Assembly: GCA_965232515.1 (NCBI GenBank)
Contig: CBDDPY010000002.1
Location: 3,008,001-3,072,000, forward strand
Length of the DNA: 64,000 nt
DNA from: Alphaproteobacteria bacterium
GTDB lineage: Bacteria; Pseudomonadota; Alphaproteobacteria; GCA-2731375
Direction of reading: 5' to 3'
The notes under the pieces were generated by a model. It was given only the letters and a program-made list of their open reading frames with translations, searched no databases and was not told the origin of the DNA. How positions within the stretch are numbered: position 1 is the stretch's first letter; each line of letters opens with the position of its first letter. This document shows positions 57,878 to 64,000 of this stretch, one piece after another. Made by a program: the position numbers and the translations under genes.

Positions 57878-58243
57878 TCACGTCCCGCCATGAAACCCCT
57901 TGGCCGTGACAAGCCAGTCGCCGTCGATGCGGTGGTAGGTGAGGTAATCGACGTAGACCGCCTGGTTGATGCGGACGCGGATCTTGACCATGGCCTGGTC
58001 GTCGGTGGCGAAATCGAGCAGCAGGATCTGTTGTTCGCGCGGGGCGTTTTGCGATTTGGGCGACGGTTGGCTCTCGAGCGCTTCGCGGTAGGTCGCGGCG
58101 GTGAGCATGCGCATCTCGCCGTTGAAGAAGCCGTGCAGTTGAGCGGTCGGGCCGAACACCCGGTCGAAGCGCGACGTGTCGGAGTCGTACATCAGGTCGA
58201 AATAGCGGTCGACGGCGGCGAGCAGGCCGGCATGGTCGGTCAT
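57878..58243 (-). CDS. NTF2/SnoaL-like (putative lumazine-binding family) protein
   Basis: YFD.MY.SD...F..VF...A.LHG, AMVK.RV....YVDYL...RIDGDW.V.AK.F; RBS GAAGGGG. Confidence 0.85.
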   Translation of the reverse strand: MTDHAGLLAAVDRYFDLMYDSDTSRFDRVFGPTAQLHGFFNGEMRMLTAATYREALESQPSPKSQNAPREQQILLLDFATDDQAMVKIRVRINQAVYVDYLTYHRIDGDWLVTAKGFHGGT

Positions 58244-58382
58244 GGCAATCCCCTTCGAAGCAAGCAGTGAACTCGGGCGACAACTATGGCGCGGATATCG
58301 AGGGCGAATCCTTGCGAATTGCATTGGATTCGACGGATAGTGCGCAATCTTCCGCCAAAACTAATCGTGATTTCGGACGGAT

Positions 58383-58880
58383 ATGCCAAAAACTGATCTG
58401 GACGCCATCGACTGCCGCATCGTCGCGGCGCTGCAGGCGGACGCGCGGCTCTCCAACGTCGAGCTCGCCGAGCGGGTCGGGCTCTCGCCCTCGCCCTGCC
58501 TGCGCCGGGTCCGGCGGCTGGAGCGGGACGGCTATATCGATGGCTACCGGGCCATGCTGCCGCGCGGCCGGATCGGCCTCGGCTTCACCGTCTTCGTCGG
58601 CATCAGCATCGACGGGCACGCCGACGACCGGGCCACGGCCTTCGAAGAGGGCGTCACCGCGCTGCCCGAGGTCGTCGCCTGCCACATGGTCTCGGGCGAC
58701 GACGATTACCTGATCGAGGTCGTCGTGCCCGACCTGCAGCACTACCAGCGCTTCCTCGTCGACAAGCTCCTGGAGCTGCCGATCGTCAAATCCGTCCGCA
58801 GCAACATCGCCATCGAAACCCTCAAAGCCGCCGCGCCCCTGCCGCTCGACCACCTGGCCCCGGAATCAACCTCGCGTTAG
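58383..58880 (+). CDS. Lrp/AsnC-family transcriptional regulator
   Basis: LDAID.RI..ALQADARLSNVELAERVGLSPSPCLRRVRRLE..GYI, PEVVACH.VSG..DY. Confidence 0.95.
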   Translation: MPKTDLDAIDCRIVAALQADARLSNVELAERVGLSPSPCLRRVRRLERDGYIDGYRAMLPRGRIGLGFTVFVGISIDGHADDRATAFEEGVTALPEVVACHMVSGDDDYLIEVVVPDLQHYQRFLVDKLLELPIVKSVRSNIAIETLKAAAPLPLDHLAPESTSR

Positions 58881-59040
58881 CCCATCCGCCTTCCGGCACG
58901 CACCTCCGGGGTGCGGCGGCGAAACATTCGCCCCATCGGACGCCATTGTCTGAAATCGGTCATATCCCGGCGACGGCGGCTCATTAGGTAGATGGCGTAC
59001 GTCGATCGAGGGCGTGCGTCACGCGAGCAAAAGCAAGCCG

Positions 59041-59310
59041 ATGATCGAGGTATCCAAACGCTTGGCCGAAATCGCCGAGATCGACGACGAAGCCGAGCAG
59101 AACGAACGCCTGGAGGCGCTCTACGAAGAGCTGGCGGCCGGGCCCTGGCGCAAGGCGCTCGAGGCGCGGGCGGCCGGGAACGCGACAACGCCCGATGTCG
59201 ACGCGTTCTACGCCCGCGCCGAGGAGAAGATGCGCCGATATCTCGAGACCGACGCCGACCCGGACGCGCCGGCGGCCGAGCCGCGTTCTCCAGCGCGCCG
59301 ACACCACTGA
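59041..59310 (+). CDS. Small acidic hypothetical protein
   Basis: 89-aa helical ORF with host-like codon pattern; no motif recognised. Confidence 0.45.
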   Translation: MIEVSKRLAEIAEIDDEAEQNERLEALYEELAAGPWRKALEARAAGNATTPDVDAFYARAEEKMRRYLETDADPDAPAAEPRSPARRHH

Positions 59311-59436
59311 TCGCCACCCGAAAAAGCCACGACGTATCGAGCCCCGCCCTGCCGGATCCCGGCAAGGACGGCCGGGGCCGGACGTCGCGCGCCGATCCGG
59401 CGGGCCGCATGCCCGGCCGCGCCGGTGCGGTATCGA

Positions 59437-59595
59437 CGCCGCCGCGAACCGATATCGCCAGTTTCGAGACGGGCCCTGCGGGCCCGCCTCAACATGAGTG
59501 CGTGCATTGATATCGACGCCACACCTCACGCTGCGGCATCGCTGTCGAACCCATCCCTCACCCTGAGGAGGCCGCGCCGCGGCCGTCTCGAAGCG
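59437..59595. repeat. Palindromic intergenic repeat, family B
   Basis: TTCGAGACGGGCCC..CCTCAACATGAG..CCTCACCCTGAGGAGG..CGTCTCGAAG; inverted relative to 53661-53789. Confidence 0.8.
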
Positions 59596-59782
59596 TCGGC
59601 CATCGCGCGCCGGTCGGCGCAACCCGATCTTGGACGGCCGCGGCGTCAGCCGCCCGTCAAAACCAACATTTCGACACTTTTAGAAGCATCGAAGCGGCCC
59701 GGATTTCCGCCGATCGTTTTCCTTGACGGTTCCTGTGCATGGGGTTGTTCCGCGATCTCCCCCGCGCCTACCCCCCCTCTAC

Positions 59783-59842
59783 CCTCCGAAGCTCCTTGGA
59801 GCGAAGGGCCTGCCCCGCCGAAGCTCGCAGAGCGAAGGTGGG
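59783..59842. repeat. Tandem short palindromic repeat, family D
   Basis: CCGAAGCTCCTTGGAGCGAAGG and CCGAAGCTCGCAGAGCGAAGG directly downstream of gcvPB. Confidence 0.6.
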
Positions 59843-59855
59843 CGGGCGGGCGACC

Positions 59856-61418
59856 TTACTCCGCCGCTTCCTGCACCGGCGGCCGCCAGCGCAGCACCGG
59901 CTTGCGGGCCGCGGCCGTCTCGTCGAGGCGGCGGCGCGGGGCGAGGCGCGGGGCCTGCTCGAACAGCTCGGTGTTGCCGGCCTTGGCCTGCCCGGCCAGG
60001 TGCCGCATGGCGCCGATGAACTGGTCCAGGCTGTCCTTGCTCTCGGTCTCGGTCGGCTCGATCAGCATGGCGCCGTGCACGACCAGTGGGAAATACATGG
60101 TCATCGGGTGGAAGCCCTCGTCGATCATCGCCTTGGCGAAGTCGAGCGTGCTGACGCCGGTGTCTTTCAGGAACCGGTCGTCGAACAGCACCTCGTGCAT
60201 GCAGACGCCGTCGAAGGCCGGCGTCATCACGTCGGCGAGCTGGCTGCGGACATAATTGGCGTTCAGCACTGCGTCGTCCGCCACCTGCCGCAGGCCGTCC
60301 GAGCCGTGGCTCATCATGTAGGCGAGCGCGCGCACGAACATGCCCATCTGGCCGTGGAAGCCCTTCATGCGGCCGAAGCTCCGGGCCACTTCCGCCGCGT
60401 CGGCCGGCCGCTCGGCGAGGCTGAGGCCGCTGTCCCCGTGCACCACCGCCGGCAGCGGCGCGAACGGCGCCAGCGCCGCCGACAGCACCACCGGCCCGCT
60501 GCCCGGCCCGCCGCCGCCGTGCGGCGTCGAGAAGGTCTTGTGCAGGTTGATGTGCATGCAGTCGATGCCGAGGTCGCCCGGCCGCACGCGGCCGACGATG
60601 GCGTTGAAGTTGGCGCCGTCGCAGTAGAAGAAGGCGCCGGCGTCGTGCACCGCGTCGGCGATCTCGATCATGTCGTTCTCGAACAACCCGCAGGTGTTCG
60701 GGTTGGTCAGCATGATCGCCGCCACCTTGGGGCCGAGCCTGGCCTTCAGCGCGGCGAGGTCGACGCGGCCGCGGTCGTCCGCCGGGATCGCCTCGACCCG
60801 GTAGCCGCACATGGCCGCCGTCGCGGGATTGGTGCCGTGCGCCGATTCCGGCACCAGCACGATCTCCCGCGCATCGCCCCGGTCTTCCAGGGCCGCGCGG
60901 ATGCACATCAGGCCGCAGAGCTCGCCCTGCGCCCCGGCGGCCGGCGACATGGCGACGGCCGGCATGCCGGTCAGGGTCTTCAGCCAGTGCGCCAGCTGGT
61001 CGATGAGGGCGAACGCCCCCTGCACCGTTTCCTCGGGCTGCATGGGGTGCAGCTCGGCGAAGCCCGGCAGCCGGGCGAGCTTTTCGTTCAGCCGCGGATT
61101 GTGCTTCATGGTGCAGGAGCCGAGCGGGTAGAGCCCGGAATCGATGGCGTAGTTCTTGCGCGACAGACGCACGAAGTGGCGCACCACCTGCGGCTCGGAC
61201 ACGCCCGGCAGGCCGATCGGCTGGTTGCGGGCGAGCCCGCCCAGGCGGTCGGCGACGGCGGCGGGCTCGGGCAGGTCGACGCCCGTCCGGCCCGGCGCGT
61301 CGAGTTCGAACAACAGCGGCTCCTCGTGGTCGAGGCCGCGATGGCCGGTCCAGGTCTCGGGCGCGCCGGTCTCGTTTCCGGCCGCGCGCGGCTTCGACAG
61401 ATCGCTCGAATGGCCCAT
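59856..61418 (-). CDS. gcvPB: Glycine dehydrogenase (decarboxylating) subunit 2
   Basis: YPLGSCTMKHNP, SAHGTNPATA, HINLHKTFSTPHGGGGPG, IEPTETESK. Confidence 0.97.
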   Translation of the reverse strand: MGHSSDLSKPRAAGNETGAPETWTGHRGLDHEEPLLFELDAPGRTGVDLPEPAAVADRLGGLARNQPIGLPGVSEPQVVRHFVRLSRKNYAIDSGLYPLGSCTMKHNPRLNEKLARLPGFAELHPMQPEETVQGAFALIDQLAHWLKTLTGMPAVAMSPAAGAQGELCGLMCIRAALEDRGDAREIVLVPESAHGTNPATAAMCGYRVEAIPADDRGRVDLAALKARLGPKVAAIMLTNPNTCGLFENDMIEIADAVHDAGAFFYCDGANFNAIVGRVRPGDLGIDCMHINLHKTFSTPHGGGGPGSGPVVLSAALAPFAPLPAVVHGDSGLSLAERPADAAEVARSFGRMKGFHGQMGMFVRALAYMMSHGSDGLRQVADDAVLNANYVRSQLADVMTPAFDGVCMHEVLFDDRFLKDTGVSTLDFAKAMIDEGFHPMTMYFPLVVHGAMLIEPTETESKDSLDQFIGAMRHLAGQAKAGNTELFEQAPRLAPRRRLDETAAARKPVLRWRPPVQEAAE

Positions 61419-62761
61419 CACAGCACCTCCTGCAAGCCGTCGACCAACGCGTCGATATCGGCGTCCGTATTGGTCTCGGTGGCGGCGAGGATTAGCAGAT
61501 CCTCCATGCCGGCGACCTCCGGGAATATCCGGCCTGCCGGCACGCCGCCCAGCACCTGACGCGCCGCCAGGGCCGAGACCACGTCGGCGGCGGGCTTCGG
61601 CAGCCGCAGCGTGAACTCGTTGAAGAAGGCGTCGGTCAGCAGCTCGACGCCCGGCAGCGTGGCTACGCGCTCGGCGAGCGTGACCGCCTTGGCGTGGTTG
61701 ATCTGCGCCAGGCGGCGGAAGCCCGCCTCGCCCAGCAGCGCCATGTGGATCGTGAAGGCGAGGCTGCACAGGCCTGAATTGGTGCAGATGTTGCTCGTCG
61801 CCTTCTCGCGACGAATATGCTGCTCGCGCGTCGACAGCGTCAGCACGTAGCCGCGCTGGCCGTCGGCGTCCTGGGTTTCGCCGCAGAGCCGGCCCGGCAT
61901 CTGCCGCACGTGTTTGTCGCGGCAGGCGAACAGGCCCAAGTACGGCCCGCCGAAGTTCAACGCGTTGCCGATGCTCTGGCCCTCGGCGACGACGATGTCG
62001 GCGCCCATCTCGCCGGGCGGCATCACCGCGCCGAGCGAGACCACTTCCGTCACCGCGACCACCAGCAGCGCGCCCTTCTCGTGCGCCGCCTTGGCGAGCG
62101 GGCGCAGGTCGGCGATGCGGCCGAACACATCCGGGTTCTGCACGACGACACAGGCCGTGTCGTCGTCGATCGCCGCGGCGATGTCGCCGCTTCCGCTCGC
62201 GTCCGGCGGCAGGGTCTCGACCGCGAAGTCGGTGAACTGCAGCAGCGTTTCCGTCGTCTCGCGGTAGTGCGGGTGCAGATTGCCGGCCAGCACGGCCTTC
62301 GCCCGGCGGGTCACACGTCCCGCCATCATCACAGCCTCGGCGCACGACGTGGCGCCGTCATACATGGACGCGTTCGCCACCTCCATGCCGGTGATCAGCG
62401 CGACCTGGGTCTGGAATTCGAACAGATACTGCAGCGTGCCTTGGCTGACCTCGGGCTGATAGGGCGTGTAGGAAGTGAGGAACTCGCTACGCTGGATCAG
62501 GTGGTCGACCGAGGCCGGCACGTGATGCCGGTAGGCCCCGGCGCCTAGGAAGCAGGGCGCCTGACGCGCCGACAGGTTGTCGCCGGCCAGCGCCTCCAGC
62601 GCCCGCTCGACCTCAAGCTCGCCGGCATGCGGCGGCAGGTCGACCGGCTTCGCGAGGCGCGCCTTCTCCGGCACGTCGACGAACAGGTCGTCGATCGCGC
62701 CGACACCGATGGAGCCCAGCATGGCCTGCCGGTCGGCGTCCGTCAGCGGCAGATAACGCAT
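61418..62761 (-). CDS. gcvPA: Glycine dehydrogenase (decarboxylating) subunit 1
   Basis: [48 protein letters not shown]. Confidence 0.97.
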   Translation of the reverse strand: MRYLPLTDADRQAMLGSIGVGAIDDLFVDVPEKARLAKPVDLPPHAGELEVERALEALAGDNLSARQAPCFLGAGAYRHHVPASVDHLIQRSEFLTSYTPYQPEVSQGTLQYLFEFQTQVALITGMEVANASMYDGATSCAEAVMMAGRVTRRAKAVLAGNLHPHYRETTETLLQFTDFAVETLPPDASGSGDIAAAIDDDTACVVVQNPDVFGRIADLRPLAKAAHEKGALLVVAVTEVVSLGAVMPPGEMGADIVVAEGQSIGNALNFGGPYLGLFACRDKHVRQMPGRLCGETQDADGQRGYVLTLSTREQHIRREKATSNICTNSGLCSLAFTIHMALLGEAGFRRLAQINHAKAVTLAERVATLPGVELLTDAFFNEFTLRLPKPAADVVSALAARQVLGGVPAGRIFPEVAGMEDLLILAATETNTDADIDALVDGLQEVL

Positions 62762-63138
62762 CAATCAAGGCCCTCCACGAAGGTCTTGTAAGCGGCCTCG
62801 TCCATCAGCGCGTCGAGCGCGCCCGTATCGGCCAGCTTCAGCTTGAAGAACCAGGCCCCGCCCATGGGATCGGCGTTGACCTGGGCCGGATCGTCGACCA
62901 GCGCGTCGTTGACGGCGACCACCTCGCCGTCGGCGGGCGCGTAGATCTCGGCCGCCGCCTTCACCGACTCGACCACGGCCACCTCGTCGCCCTTCTTCAC
63001 CTGCTTGCCGACATCGGGCAGCTCGACGAAGACCACGTCGCCCAACTGCTCCTGCGCGAAGTCGGTGATGCCGCAGGTGCCGACGTCGCCGTCCAGGCCG
63101 ACCCATTCATGTTCCTCGGTGTAACGCTTTGTGCTCAT
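62761..63138 (-). CDS. gcvH: Glycine cleavage system H protein
   Basis: [29 protein letters not shown] lipoyl-Lys. Confidence 0.98.
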   Translation of the reverse strand: MSTKRYTEEHEWVGLDGDVGTCGITDFAQEQLGDVVFVELPDVGKQVKKGDEVAVVESVKAAAEIYAPADGEVVAVNDALVDDPAQVNADPMGGAWFFKLKLADTGALDALMDEAAYKTFVEGLD

Positions 63139-63168
63139 TGCAGAAGCCTCCAGAGCTTGTTGGCGGCG

Positions 63169-63999
63169 TCAGCCGCGATAGTAGTTGTGCGGCACGAAGG
63201 GCAGCTTGACGACACTGGCCGGCAGGACCTTGCCGCGCACCATCAGACCCAGCGGTGTGTCGGCGGCGGCATGCGCCGTTTCGACGTAGCCCATCGCCAC
63301 CGGCCCCTCCGCCGACGGGCCGAAGCCGCCGCTGGTGACCTCGCCGATGCGCCGTCCGTCGCTGTCGACCACCTCCGTGTGCTCGCGCGCCGGCGCCCGA
63401 CCGTCCGGCTTGATGCCGACACGCCGACGCGGCGGGCCGTCCTGGATCTGCGCCAGAATCTTCTCGGCGCCTGGAAAGCCGCCTTCCGCCCGCCGGCGCT
63501 TGGCGATGGTCCAGAGCAGCGCCGCCTCGATCGGCGTCGTCGTCTCGTCGATGTCATGCCCGTAGAGGCAGAGGCCCGCCTCCAGCCGCAAACTGTCGCG
63601 GGCGCCGAGGCCGATCGCCTCGACCTCCGGCTCGGCCAGCAGGGCGCGCGCCAGCGCTTCAGCCTGGTCGGGCGCGACGGAGATCTCGAAGCCGTCCTCG
63701 CCGGTATAGCCCGACCGGCTGACGCCACAGTCGATGCCGGCGACGGTGAGCTTGCGCGATGTCATGAAGGTCATTTGCTCGGCGCCCGGCGCGAGGCGCG
63801 CCATCACCGCGGCGGCGGCTGGGCCCTGCAGGGCCAGCAGGCCCCACTCGCCGAAGGGCTCGACGTCGGCGCGGCCGGCGAGGCGGTCGCGCATGTGCGC
63901 GATGTCGGCGTCCTTGCAGGCGGCGTTGACCACCAGGTACAGGTGGTCGCCCGCGTTGGTTACCATCAGGTCGTCGAGGATGCCGCCGGCCTCGTTGGT
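63169..63999 (-). CDS. gcvT: Glycine cleavage aminomethyltransferase T, 5'-truncated by the window edge
   Basis: GGILDDLMV, ALQGP, SRSGYTGEDGFE, GLGARDSLRLEAGLCLYG, GEVTSG. Confidence 0.97.
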   Translation of the reverse strand, partial: TNEAGGILDDLMVTNAGDHLYLVVNAACKDADIAHMRDRLAGRADVEPFGEWGLLALQGPAAAAVMARLAPGAEQMTFMTSRKLTVAGIDCGVSRSGYTGEDGFEISVAPDQAEALARALLAEPEVEAIGLGARDSLRLEAGLCLYGHDIDETTTPIEAALLWTIAKRRRAEGGFPGAEKILAQIQDGPPRRRVGIKPDGRAPAREHTEVVDSDGRRIGEVTSGGFGPSAEGPVAMGYVETAHAAADTPLGLMVRGKVLPASVVKLPFVPHNYYRG

Positions 64000-64000
64000 C

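Noticed and set aside
59856-62345. 829-aa ORF suggesting a long or fused GcvP
   Set aside because: The N-terminal 309 codons are an alternate frame over gcvPA. The true gcvPB start is the ATG at 61418 overlapping the gcvPA stop. The same applies to the extended ORFs 16220-17116 and 32501-34153.

Overview
64-kb window of a GC-rich alphaproteobacterial chromosome (Rhodospirillales-like gene order, inferred from ccrM, the mutY-dciA-dsbA-smc block, a stand-alone F0 atp operon and split gcvPA/gcvPB). Core genes (rnhB, ccrM, mutY, smc, atpIBE-b'-b, gcvT-H-PA-PB) alternate with accessory genes: a polyamine-type ABC transporter, an RND pump, a styrene/indole monooxygenase cluster, a 12-heme cytochrome, class III cyclases and several AT-richer orphan genes. 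I found no rRNA, tRNA, CRISPR array, transposase or integrase. Four families of short palindromic intergenic repeats are present. The best candidates for undescribed biology are: (1) an intact cyclase-TPR gene, a catalytically degenerate paralogue and a cyclase-less TPR putative regulator, with a shared GANTC-containing 16-bp motif upstream of the cyclase pair and the RND pump; (2) a eukaryote-type DEP domain fused to a MerA-like flavoprotein disulfide reductase; (3) a polytopic membrane protein fused to a NadD/CoaD-like nucleotidyltransferase, overlapping a GNAT gene; (4) a structured ~120-nt 5' leader in front of a small uncharacterised gene between ccrM and mutY. All family calls come from motif recognition by eye, not from database searches, and start codons are best estimates.
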